From Bacillota bacterium (lineage in GTDB: Bacteria > Bacillota > DTU025), in contig JBMNJT010000008.1 in the NCBI GenBank assembly GCA_050951805.1, positions 128,001-192,000 on the forward strand: a stretch of 64,000 nt of DNA, read 5' to 3'. Below the pieces are notes generated by a model. It ran no database searches. It worked only from the letters and a program-made list of their open reading frames with translations, and was not told the DNA's origin. Shown in pieces: positions 9,970 through 19,319 of the stretch (position 1 is the first letter of the stretch; every line of letters begins with the position of its first letter). The position numbers and the translations under genes are program-made.

Positions 9970-10953
9970 ATGGAAACTGCAGATGGTGACGGGGGGTTGT
10001 CCTTGAAAAAGCTATTTATCATGGGGGATGGCCGGCTCAGGCCAGAATGGAGGCTCATTGTCGTATTGATACTTGGATTATTGATAACGGCAATGCTCTT
10101 TCGCGTCCTCTGGGATCTGACCATGTTGTCCCTGAAGGTTCCTCCTGGCCTGGCTCCGGATGGGAGGCTGGAGTTTTTGATGGAAACGATTGCCGGTGAC
10201 GAGCTCCTTGGGCTTGCAAGCCAGTTGATCCCTTCCATCGCCTTAATCCTTGCGATCCTCTTAGCTTTGAGGTTCATTGACAGAAAGAGTATTGAGGACA
10301 TAGGAGCGGGATTTTGCGCAAGGGATCGCAAGGAACTAACCTTTGGGCTGGGGCTTGGCGCTCTTTCGATGACGGTCATCTTCGCCGTCTTGCTCGCCTC
10401 GAAAAGCATCACCCTCGAAAACGATCTTGCCCACCCTATGCTCTCATGGAATCTGGCGATTGGGATGGTTGTCTTCATCTTCGTTGGGCTGTCGGAGGAA
10501 CTCTACTCGAGGGCGTATTCGATATCGGCTCTGTCTGAGATATACAACCGTTGGAGTGCGGCCATTGTATCGTCCGTCCTCTTTTCTCTTCTTCACGCAG
10601 GAAACGCCAATGTGTCCATGGGCGCACTGGCAAATGTGCTATTGGTAGGGATCTTGTTTGCCTACATGTTCTTGCGGAGCGGCAGCGTGTGGATGCCCGT
10701 GGGTTACCACATCACCTGGAACTATTTCCAGGGCTATGTTTTCGGGTTTCCGGTGAGCGGGGCAGAAGTGGAGGGTGCCTACACTGTTGCAGCAAGCCGC
10801 AATGACTTTCTGACAGGCGGGGCGTTCGGCCCTGAGGGCGGGTTATTGGCGACTACGGCGATCTTGGCAGGTTTCTACATAGTATGGCGGTTCACCGGGG
10901 GCGGGAACCCGTGGCGCACGAGAGAGCCGGAAGGCGATTCTGAGTTTCTGTAG
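9970..10953 (+). CDS. CPBP (Abi/CAAX protease self-immunity) family intramembrane metalloprotease
   Basis: Multiple TM helices; SEELYSRA (EExxxR), FSLLH, HITWN, GAFGPEGG motifs. Start could be TTG 9997. Confidence 0.88.
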   Translation: METADGDGGLSLKKLFIMGDGRLRPEWRLIVVLILGLLITAMLFRVLWDLTMLSLKVPPGLAPDGRLEFLMETIAGDELLGLASQLIPSIALILAILLALRFIDRKSIEDIGAGFCARDRKELTFGLGLGALSMTVIFAVLLASKSITLENDLAHPMLSWNLAIGMVVFIFVGLSEELYSRAYSISALSEIYNRWSAAIVSSVLFSLLHAGNANVSMGALANVLLVGILFAYMFLRSGSVWMPVGYHITWNYFQGYVFGFPVSGAEVEGAYTVAASRNDFLTGGAFGPEGGLLATTAILAGFYIVWRFTGGGNPWRTREPEGDSEFL

Positions 10954-11155
10954 CAATGCGGGAAGGCTTAGTTTGAACATGATCAGCGGATGAGTCTGAT
11001 CAAGGCGAATGTTATTCCTGACTGACCAGCGAAGGATTTGATTGGAGATGTTGGGCGACATACGGTTTTTGAGCGTGACCCAAAGAAGACGGCAAGGCTG
11101 CTTGCGGCCGTGCCCGGATTGTAGATACTGCGAAGGTCCGGTACTATGAGTTATA

Positions 11156-12256
11156 TTAGGGATTCGCAATCGAGCACTGGGCCTTTGACCCTGACGGACG
11201 TTCGTACTTTCGCAGCTGATTGCCTGGGGCTGTCAGTCCCCTGTCTTCAAATCCAAGCATTTCGTAGTATGCGCAAAGAGTTGGGTTTCCTGCATCGCAT
11301 TCCAGTCTGACTAGCCGCCTGCCCTTGGAGGCTATATAAGAGGATGCCCACTCAAGGAGGGCTCGTCCGACGCCGGCGCCTGCCCACTCCTGCTTGACTC
11401 CGAAGCCATACACATACCCTGCTAAGCGGTCGCTGCCAGCATCCTCCCACGAGCAAGAATCGGCCCACTTGATCCAGAGGACTGCTGCGGGAGAACCACT
11501 GATGAAGCCGATGAAGTAATCGCAGTCTCGTATTTTTTCTGCTACATGTTGTTGGCCTTCTGCGGTGAAAAGCCAAAAGGGAACCCGCTTTCCGCGTTCC
11601 ACAACTCGCCGGCAACTGTCAAGAAGGACTCCATAGGCGTCGTGCATGTGTTTTGCGGTGGCTCGCATGATGCACATAGGGCCTGCTTTAGTCGGGATTT
11701 CACAGACATTAGAATAAGGCTTCAGCAAGCTCAAGTAGAATGTCTGTCCCGACTCGGCTTGGCCTAGCAACTCGAAGCCGCAATCTTGAGCGATATGGGC
11801 AATAGCGGAGCAGTTTTGGGATTTGTCGGGCCAGCCCACTCCGTAGGCGCATGTTGTGGCGCCGGCGCCTGTCACAATCTTCAGCTCAATTATGAACAGA
11901 TCATCGCCGGGCTTTGCAGGAGGTATCTCTGCGTCCCATATCCGGAGCCTTCCTCCTGGCGCAAGCACCCTGAAGATCTCCGAAAGGACCCGTGGGATCG
12001 ATTCCGGGGACATGTACATCAGGCTGAAAAAGCAAGTCGCCTCATCGAAGGATCCGTCCAAAAACTGCATGCTTCTCGCGTCCATCACTAGCCGGAGCGC
12101 GTCATTGGATGACTCCTCCAGCTCCTCCCTGAGGATATCGATGGCGACTACTTGTCTTCCGAGGACAGAGCCTATGATTCCCTCGCCGCCTCCGCCCACG
12201 TCCAGAACGAGACCTGGCGCGGTCAGCCCTGACAGGTTTATGGTATCGAAAGCCAT
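11156..12256 (-). CDS. Class I SAM methyltransferase fused to a C-terminal GNAT acetyltransferase
   Basis: N-term VLDVGGGGEG, MDARSMQFLDGSFD, EIFRVLAPGG; C-term FGVKQEWAGAGVGRALL and LCAYYEMLGF. Confidence 0.8.
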   Translation of the reverse strand: MAFDTINLSGLTAPGLVLDVGGGGEGIIGSVLGRQVVAIDILREELEESSNDALRLVMDARSMQFLDGSFDEATCFFSLMYMSPESIPRVLSEIFRVLAPGGRLRIWDAEIPPAKPGDDLFIIELKIVTGAGATTCAYGVGWPDKSQNCSAIAHIAQDCGFELLGQAESGQTFYLSLLKPYSNVCEIPTKAGPMCIMRATAKHMHDAYGVLLDSCRRVVERGKRVPFWLFTAEGQQHVAEKIRDCDYFIGFISGSPAAVLWIKWADSCSWEDAGSDRLAGYVYGFGVKQEWAGAGVGRALLEWASSYIASKGRRLVRLECDAGNPTLCAYYEMLGFEDRGLTAPGNQLRKYERPSGSKAQCSIANP

Positions 12257-12329
12257 GGTCTAATCGCCCCTCCATCACTCAAGGATGTCGCAATTGCAGA
12301 GCACTTTCATTATGGTTCCACTTTTATAG

Positions 12330-12495
12330 TCCGGTTCCTGCGAGCATACAGAATCTATAAGGGCTGCAAGTTCTGAGTAGACCGCATTACACATAACGAG
12401 TGTGCCATCAGCATAGGCCTTATCGATCAGCCCTTTGGTAGCGCATCGGGGAGCAGGATGCCAACAAGAGCGTCTGTGTCAACGGAGCTGATCAC
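12330..12495 (-). pseudogene. Frameshifted, truncated PIN-domain (VapC-like) toxin
   Basis: GTG 12495 gives VISSVDTDALVGILLPD, then after a frame change KGLIDKAYADGTLVMCNAVYSELAA, matching the PIN pattern xxxVDTNxLxxxL...LVxCxxVYxEL. 3' limit approximate. Confidence 0.6.
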
Positions 12496-12670
12496 GCATG
12501 CCCTCTCATTACTCTGTTGGTGTCGGTGTCAGCCCCTCTCGGATATCCCACATAACGATCGAATGGAGAATCCTCAACATACTTGCTGAGAATGTAGCCT
12601 TGGGGGGAGTCTCGTATACCCGTGATCGAGCCCTGTCTTTCCGCGAACGTCTATAGACGTGCTATGAACG
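12492..12670 (-). pseudogene. Degenerate AbrB/MazE-type (VapB-like) antitoxin
   Basis: TSIDVRGKTGLDHG then, in another frame, GYILSKYVEDSPFDRYVGYPRGADTDTNRVMRGHA*; its stop overlaps the toxin start (GTGA). 5' limit approximate. Confidence 0.5.
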
Positions 12671-12749
12671 GCCAATAGTAAAAAGCAAATCTGCACCTTG
12701 ATAACTGAACCTGCTGGCCTCCATTTGCCATCCGGACCATATGGCTGAT

Positions 12750-13521
12750 TGCGAATTCAAACGAAATAAAATGAGGTGAACTAGGGCTCCTGTTCCTAGA
12801 CCTGTTGCTCTTCCGTGGGGATTTTCATGGTCAAAAGGGGTATATGACCCTACGGAGTTCTGGAGAGCCCTGTTTGGACATCCGGTTCCTTGATTCGCTG
12901 TCGCATCGATTTCTGCAGATGCCACCAAGGTGTATGTCACCGATTTTCCCAATGATGGCCGCGGCGACAGTAGCTTCTAGGAGCCCCGGAGCATGCTGCG
13001 ATTGCAGGTCCTCCACGGTAAGCCTGATGCAGGGAATCTGAGGCTCTATGAACTAGATCTGGCTGAGGATTAGTCTCAATTCAAAGGCCATCCACAGCTA
13101 ATCAAATAGCTGAAGGTTTCTCTGGCGAGCTCTTGGGTGCACCGAGCGTGGCCCTTGAGCTTATTGAGGTCAAGCGCTGCGACTGCTTCCGGTGTAGCAT
13201 GGCTTTTTAGCAACTCTGGAGATGTCTCGATGAAGCAACTGGCATACTCAGGGAAGATGCGATCTAGAACCCGATAGCGCGTTGGCCTCCGAGGCCATGA
13301 AGGTCTCTTCAGTCTGGTTGAGACGTAGCAGGTTGGCGAGGATGAAGGGTCGATCTTGCTCTTTGATATGGCGTCAGAGTGGATGGGTTAATCACATGGA
13401 CTCGGTATCCCTGTAGTAGGTGCCGCTAACGCGCTTGCGCTCAGCTTTGGGCTGCGTGTTCGGAATAGTCATCATTGACACAAGCCTCGTGCTGCTTCTT
13501 GGCGACGTCGATACCGGTCAA
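12750..13521 (-). mobile_element. Heavily decayed IS110-family transposase (pseudogene)
   Basis: Ordered fragments across frames: TGIDVAKKQHEA, YRVHVINP, SDAISKSKID, FILANLLR, VLDRIFPEY, HATPEAV, AAAIIGKIGDI, RMSKQGSPELRRVIY, ALVHLI. Confidence 0.75.
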
Positions 13522-13891
13522 GTCAGTAGTAGACAACCTAGCTGTTTACTCGAGACATGTGGGTATACCGCATTCCCAACGTGCTCATTCGAAAATCCTT
13601 GTAGAGGCGGGGTAATACTCTATCGGGCTTCCTAGTCAATGAAACTACCAAGACACGTTGGCTTTCCGAAACATGACTCCTCTTTGGTTTTCAAGGATCA
13701 TCTGGGGCCTGTACTAGGGAACTTCATTCTCTTCGTGTTTGAGTCGCGCGAGTCGGAGTAATACTACCTACTGCAAACATGGCGGGAAGCGGGCGGCCTG
13801 GGCGGGCGTTAGCCGGAGGCGAGCAGCCTTTCTGGTCTTGGGGAGCTTTGCGGGTGCAGGGAAATATGATGTAGTTTGGGAGGGCTGATAG

Positions 13892-14329
13892 ATGGGCATC
13901 ACAAGATGGGATCCATTCGATGATCTCGTCGCGCTTCGCGATGCGTTCGGTAGAGTGCTTGGGGATACGAGCCTGAGGACGGGCTTCTCAGGGATAGGCC
14001 GTTGGCGTCCTTCGGTGGACATGTACGAGACCAACGACAACGTCGTAGTCAGGGCGGATTTGCCCGGAGTCGATCGGGACGACCTCGAGGTGACCGTGAC
14101 AGACAATACCCTGACAATCAAGGGGCAGTCCAGGCACGAGCATGAGATCGAATCGGGAAATGTCTTTCGGAGGGAGCGCGCCTATGGACAGTTCACGAGA
14201 ACGCTTCCTATAGATGCCGGGATTCGGGCAGACGAGGCCAAGGCCAGCTTCAATCAGGGGGTTCTCGAGATAGTCATTCCAAAAACGGAAGAGTCGAGGG
14301 TGAGAACGCGAAGAATAGACATTAACTAG
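13892..14329 (+). CDS. Hsp20/alpha-crystallin small heat-shock protein
   Basis: RWDPF N-terminus; PSVDMYET, ADLPGV, ERAYGQFTR, ASFNQGVLEI; GGAGG RBS. Confidence 0.95.
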   Translation: MGITRWDPFDDLVALRDAFGRVLGDTSLRTGFSGIGRWRPSVDMYETNDNVVVRADLPGVDRDDLEVTVTDNTLTIKGQSRHEHEIESGNVFRRERAYGQFTRTLPIDAGIRADEAKASFNQGVLEIVIPKTEESRVRTRRIDIN

Positions 14330-14547
14330 CAGCAACGCAATGCCGAACAGAGGCTACGGCTGCCCGGCCCGCCCGTATAATCCCCCTGGCAATCGCGATT
14401 GGAGCAAAGTGCCTCACCAAGCGGATAATGTAATGTTTTGCATGATTGTTGCTGCATATTAAAGGATGTATGAAGGAATCTTCAGAAACATGGATAATCC
14501 ATATTATACGTGATTTCCAGGAGTTGCGTTCGGTGGGGGTGACTGTA

Positions 14548-15078
14548 TTGACCAAGAACGTAATTGAGGCCATCGAGGAAAGACGCAGCGTGAGAGAATT
14601 CAAGCCGGACCCTATCCCCGACTCCATAATCGCCCGCATCCTCGAATGTGGACTTAAGGCGCCAAGCGCAGGGAATGTTCAACCTTGGCAGTTCTGGGTG
14701 GTCAGTCGGCCTAGTCTCAAGTCAGCTTTGGCCGAAGCCGCCTTCGGCCAAGAATCCGTGGAGCAAGCGCCTGTAGTCATAGTGGTTTTGGCCGAGCCTT
14801 CGCGGAGCGCTGCTAGGTTTGGCTACCGCGGGTCTAAGCTTTATTGCATACAAGATACTGCAGCTGCGGTACAGAACATGATGTTGGCGGCAACAGCTTA
14901 TGGAATCGGGTCCTGCTGGGTAGGGGCTTTCGACGAGAAGATGGTGAGCAAAGCCCTTGGCCTGTCAGAGCGATTTCGGCCTATGGCATTGGTCCCCATG
15001 GGATATCCGGCGGAGGTATCGCAGCGCCGGCCGCGTTCCCTGAGGCCATTGGCTGAGACAGTCGTCACGGTTGAGTAA
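14548..15078 (+). CDS. Nitroreductase family protein
   Basis: AIEERRSVREF, APSAGNVQPW, QNMMLAATAYGIGSCWVG, PMGYP; TTG start inferred from GGGGGTG upstream. Confidence 0.92.
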   Translation: MTKNVIEAIEERRSVREFKPDPIPDSIIARILECGLKAPSAGNVQPWQFWVVSRPSLKSALAEAAFGQESVEQAPVVIVVLAEPSRSAARFGYRGSKLYCIQDTAAAVQNMMLAATAYGIGSCWVGAFDEKMVSKALGLSERFRPMALVPMGYPAEVSQRRPRSLRPLAETVVTVE

Positions 15079-15204
15079 GACGCTGTCGAGCGAGCATCGC
15101 ACGTTGAAGTGCCTGGATGCGCTCCTACTACGAGAGCTGTTTTTTGCGCAGAAGCGTGGGTTAACACGAAATGCATCTACGAGTTAGGACAAATCACGGT
15201 TTTG

Positions 15205-15258
15205 GCGCGGGTTAGCGTGGCCGATCAGGGCCTGGAGGGCTAACCCGCGCTTGGTTTT
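15205..15258 (+). terminator. 12-bp GC-rich inverted repeat with T-rich tail
   Basis: GCGCGGGTTAGC (15205-15216) and GCTAACCCGCGC (15239-15250), followed by TTGGTTTT. Confidence 0.45.
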
Positions 15259-15276
15259 CGATGGGAGGAGTCGAGC

Positions 15277-16134
15277 ATGGATCCACGATTGGAAGAACGC
15301 CATTTCCTTCGACCGTCAGTAGTTTATGCTAGGGGCCGAGTGCCGGTGGAAGCGGCTTTTGTCGCAAGGCCCAATAGATTTGTGGCTATCGTTCGTCTCA
15401 GCTGTGATGTTGAGCATGCCTACGGTCTCGATCGCGCTGGCGCCGAGATCACTGCCCACGTAGCCGATCCCGGTCGTCTTGAAGAACTACTCATTCCCGG
15501 GGCCAAGGTATATGTGTTGCCTGCTTTCCCTAAGGGAATGGATACGATGGATTACTCACCGACTCTAGCAGGAGTGGGAAGGAAGACACTCTATGATCTT
15601 GTTTTGGTTGACTATGAAGGTATATTGGTATCCATAGATTCACGCGTGCCCAATGAGCTCGTGCACAGGGCTCTGCAGGCAGGCTTTTTTCCTGAACTTG
15701 CCGAGTACCACCGAATCGTGCGGGAATCGGCTTTCGGCAGCAGCAGGTTTGATTTCCATCTCTCGGCTCCGGGTCAAGTTATAGGGACCCAGGCTGCCAT
15801 CTTGGACGAGAACATCTCTGATTGCTTTGTGGAAGTGAAATCTGTGACCCTTGTTGAGGATGGCTTGGCCAAATTCCCCGACGCACCCACAGCCAGAGGC
15901 GCGAGGCACATGAGGGAACTCGCCCAAGCGGTTTCCGCAGGCTTGAGAGGCGTCGTCATCTTCGTCATACAGCGCAACGACGCGTCGAACTTCACGCCCA
16001 ATAGGGCCATGGACCCGAAGTTCGCTGGCGCCTTGAGCGATTCGGTGGAGGCCGGGGTTGAGGTTTGGGCATGGCGGTGCGACGTCGGTTTGGACAGGAT
16101 CTCGCTTGACGCAGAAGTTCCTGTAAACATCTGA
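15277..16134 (+). CDS. sfsA: DNA/RNA nuclease SfsA (sugar fermentation stimulation protein)
   Basis: RPNRF, HVADPGRLEELL, SRFDF, FVEVKSVTL, FPDAPTARGARH, FVIQR, DPKF, GVEV. Confidence 0.93.
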   Translation: MDPRLEERHFLRPSVVYARGRVPVEAAFVARPNRFVAIVRLSCDVEHAYGLDRAGAEITAHVADPGRLEELLIPGAKVYVLPAFPKGMDTMDYSPTLAGVGRKTLYDLVLVDYEGILVSIDSRVPNELVHRALQAGFFPELAEYHRIVRESAFGSSRFDFHLSAPGQVIGTQAAILDENISDCFVEVKSVTLVEDGLAKFPDAPTARGARHMRELAQAVSAGLRGVVIFVIQRNDASNFTPNRAMDPKFAGALSDSVEAGVEVWAWRCDVGLDRISLDAEVPVNI

Positions 16135-16250
16135 CATCGTCTCTGACAGCTCGCCATGGAAGTTCCCTCCATCCAACATATGTGGTTTGCTGCACAATAC
16201 AGGCGTAATCAATAAACGTTACTGAGTAGTTAATATTAGGGACTATAGAC

Positions 16251-16279
16251 TTGACAATATTGAATACATCATTTAGGAT
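16251..16279 (+). promoter_or_regulatory. sigmaA-type promoter of the ABC exporter operon
   Basis: TTGACA-N17-TAGGAT inside an AT-rich patch. Confidence 0.55.
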
Positions 16280-16389
16280 TGAAACGGTGGAATTGAAACT
16301 CATGTTATCCACTGCCTGGCGCAGATCCCAGGAATAAGATGCCTGAAGGCGCAGCATGGGCAGGGCAGCCGGAAGATGGGGGAGGTGGC

Positions 16390-17370
16390 TTGGTGTTGGA
16401 CATTACACGCAATGCTCTCGCAGTGGAGTCTTTGACGAAGACGTTTCGCGACGGGGGTCGTGGGTCGGTTAAGGCCGTCGACAATGTCGCTTTTCAGGTC
16501 GAACAAGGCGAAGTCGTGGGCTTGCTCGGGCCGAACGGTGCGGGCAAGACGACCACGATCAAGTGCATCCTCGGGTTGATGCGTCCCGATTCCGGACACG
16601 TCACAGTGTTTGGCGAGGATGCACAGACGAATTATCCGCGGATACTTTCGAAGATGAGTGCGGTTCTTGAGGGGAGCCGGAACCTATACTGGCGGCTGAC
16701 GGTGTGGGAAAACATTCTCTTTTTCTCCGCGCTCCACGGGGTGGCATCCCCGGCAGACAAGAGATACTTCGACCACCTTCTGAAGCTCTTTTCATTGGAA
16801 GACAAGCGCAATGTAGAAGTGAGGAAACTGTCGCAGGGCATGAAACAGAAGACGAGCGTTGTGTGCGCCCTGGCGCGTCGCGCCCCGCTGGTCTTTCTGG
16901 ACGAGCCCACTTTGGGGTTGGATGTCGAGACATCTTTGGAGCTGAGGAGCGTATTGCGGGAACTTTCTTGCGAAGAGGGCCGAACGTTCGTAGTAAGCAG
17001 CCACGACATGGCCGTGATCCAGGATGTCTGCCAGCGCGTAATCATAATGTCCGAGGGCCGCATAGTTGTGGACGATAATGTGAGCCACCTCATGGACCTC
17101 TTCCGGACGAGGTGTTATCGGATCGTTCTTCGCGGACCTGCACCCGAGGGGCTGGAGAAAAGGCTCGTACACGAGTTTGTTGGTTCGTCTGTGGCTGAGG
17201 GGGAGCAAGGCGCCGAAATCAAGGTGAACTTGTCTGAAGATGAGGATATCTACCGCCTGATGGACATCTTGCGCGGCGTTGACGGAGTCATAGACGAGAT
17301 CTCTCACGAAGAGATCGACATGGAAAAGGTGTATCTCGAGGTCGTCAGGAAGGAGCGGTCGTTTCAATGA
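16390..17370 (+). CDS. ABC-2 type exporter ATP-binding protein
   Basis: GPNGAGKTT, LSQGMKQK, FLDEPTLGLD, SSHD; GGAGGTG RBS before TTG 16390. Confidence 0.92.
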   Translation: MVLDITRNALAVESLTKTFRDGGRGSVKAVDNVAFQVEQGEVVGLLGPNGAGKTTTIKCILGLMRPDSGHVTVFGEDAQTNYPRILSKMSAVLEGSRNLYWRLTVWENILFFSALHGVASPADKRYFDHLLKLFSLEDKRNVEVRKLSQGMKQKTSVVCALARRAPLVFLDEPTLGLDVETSLELRSVLRELSCEEGRTFVVSSHDMAVIQDVCQRVIIMSEGRIVVDDNVSHLMDLFRTRCYRIVLRGPAPEGLEKRLVHEFVGSSVAEGEQGAEIKVNLSEDEDIYRLMDILRGVDGVIDEISHEEIDMEKVYLEVVRKERSFQ

Positions 17371-18146
17371 ACCTAGGCACTGTTTTTGGTGCTGTCTTCA
17401 GGCGGGAGTTGACGATGATCAGGAGGTATATGGTCAACTCCATATCAAGCTTAGTGTCGGTATACCTTGTCTTCATCTTGATGTTCATGGGCTTTCAAAG
17501 CATGTCCAATTACGTTAAGACCGGGGCACTGGAAGGCTCCCTTGAAGGCACTATCGTCGGGTTTTTCGTGTGGACGTTTACGATATATGCCTTCTCCGAC
17601 CTGTCGTGGAGCCTCATAAGCGAGGCCCAGGCGGGCACCTTGGAACAGCTGTATCTGGCGCCATGCGGGTTCAAATGGGTGGGGGCCTGCACGGTCATAT
17701 CCAATTTCATCTTCAGCCTCGTTCCGATAATGGTTCTTCTGTTTGCAATGATGGCCACTACTGGCAAATGGCTCAACCTCGACTTTGTCAGCCTCATCCC
17801 ACTGTTGCTCATTACGTTGCTGGGCGCATACGGGTTCGGCTTTGCCCTGGGCGGCCTGGCCCTGGTGTTCAAAAGGATACAGGCGTTCTTCCAGATCATG
17901 CAGTTTGTATTCATTGGCTTCCTGATAGTCCCGACACGCCTGGCGTGGGCTAAGTTCCTGCCGCTTGCTGTGGGAAATGATCTGATAAGCACAGTGATGG
18001 TCGACGGCGCCCGCCTATGGGAGCTTCCATTGAACGACATTCTGACCGCCACTGCAGTGGGCGCGGCATATCTTGCCATCGGAATCGTGATATTCTCGTG
18101 TTGTGAGAACGTCGCCAAGAGCCGTGGCCTTCTCGGTCATTATTGA
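17367..18146 (+). CDS. ABC-2 type exporter permease
   Basis: About six TM helices, EAQAGTLEQLYLAP motif, ATGA overlap with the ATPase gene. Confidence 0.88.
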   Translation: MNLGTVFGAVFRRELTMIRRYMVNSISSLVSVYLVFILMFMGFQSMSNYVKTGALEGSLEGTIVGFFVWTFTIYAFSDLSWSLISEAQAGTLEQLYLAPCGFKWVGACTVISNFIFSLVPIMVLLFAMMATTGKWLNLDFVSLIPLLLITLLGAYGFGFALGGLALVFKRIQAFFQIMQFVFIGFLIVPTRLAWAKFLPLAVGNDLISTVMVDGARLWELPLNDILTATAVGAAYLAIGIVIFSCCENVAKSRGLLGHY

Positions 18147-18567
18147 TCTTTCGGCGATCGATTGCCGGATCGAGGGCATTATCTCTCCTGATATTGGCAA
18201 GGAGGGCAAGCGTGCGGGGAATCGAAGATGTCTGCGCTGTCCAGAGACTCTGCAAGATTTATCGTGGATCTCGGGCGGCAGCCAACTCCCATATCAACCT
18301 GCGAGTGTTGAAAGGCTAAATCCTGGGCGTTTTCGGCCTAACGGGGCGTGCTCCGCCCCGTCAGCGGCTCTACATATCTTGGGCAATGAAAACCCTCAAA
18401 TAGCGCCTATGATTGTATGGGGTTTTTGCAGGAGCAAATGCTTGACGATCATTCGGGTCACTCGTGATGTTGTCGAGGCCGACAAAGTCGATCATCTTCA
18501 CGAGGCAAACATGGCATGAAAGCGGGTCTCTTGCCTTGTGGACAGCTGAATGACGGGGCGAGTGGAA

Positions 18568-18611
18568 GCGGCAAGAAGCGTCAATGGTGTTGCATCGACG
18601 CTTCTTGCCGC
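18568..18611. terminator. Perfect 15-bp inverted repeat between convergent genes
   Basis: GCGGCAAGAAGCGTC / GACGCTTCTTGCCGC. Confidence 0.5.
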
Positions 18612-18667
18612 AATACTTGATCGGTGGGTTTGCAGGCTCAGGCGATGGTCTTTAGGACACACTGCGC

Positions 18668-19186
18668 CTAACGGTCGAAGTAAGGGTTTTTTCCGGATGC
18701 CGAAAGGGGCACTCCGCAGGCTACGTCTGCGTCTATGAGGCCCATCTTGCGGGCTACAACCCCGATCCGGTACATGATCCTGTTGTCTACATTATGTATT
18801 GACGCTGTTTTCGCAGCTGATCCCAGCGCAATCCCGAGGTCAACTAGGCGCCATGCGCAGATCGGTCCGGCAAACTCTCGACCCTCAGAGAGATCGGGCA
18901 GGTCTGCGCAGGCAGAATAGCCACATGCGCCGCAATTGAGGCCACAGGGGGCTGCATCTTTCAAGCCTACAAGGAGCAGCGCCCCGGCTGCAGCAACGCC
19001 ACGGGCGTCCCTGTCATAGTTTTTCTTGCCGGTCTCTTGGCCGTAGAGTTCCATCTGCTCTGCCAGCCTTTTCAGATCATCGCCTGCCACTACCTTGGTG
19101 ACCACGAAATCCTTCCCGACCGCCTTGGGCGCGGTTCGCGCCGAAATCTCCATCAGTTGGGCCACAAGCTCAAGCGCATCTTCCAT
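18668..19186 (-). CDS. Ferredoxin-domain-containing protein (DUF2148/COG4739-like)
   Basis: SARTAPK, LNCGACGYSAC, GPIC, DLGIALGSA, NVDNRIMY, PLSASGKNPYFDR. Confidence 0.8.
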   Translation of the reverse strand: MEDALELVAQLMEISARTAPKAVGKDFVVTKVVAGDDLKRLAEQMELYGQETGKKNYDRDARGVAAAGALLLVGLKDAAPCGLNCGACGYSACADLPDLSEGREFAGPICAWRLVDLGIALGSAAKTASIHNVDNRIMYRIGVVARKMGLIDADVACGVPLSASGKNPYFDR

Positions 19187-19319
19187 ATTCCTCTTCGCGC
19201 TCCCGGGCCGTGCGGGCCCGGGCTGGCGCCCTGCCTCCTTTCAGATGGTATGCTGTAGACATAGTACTTGGCCAATAGGCAAATTCCTCTTAGAAGGGGA
19301 CGATGGCACGGATTAGCAG

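Noticed and set aside
13760-13891. CIRCE or CtsR box upstream of hsp20
   Set aside because: No TTAGCACTC-N9-GAGTGCTAA or heptad repeats are present.
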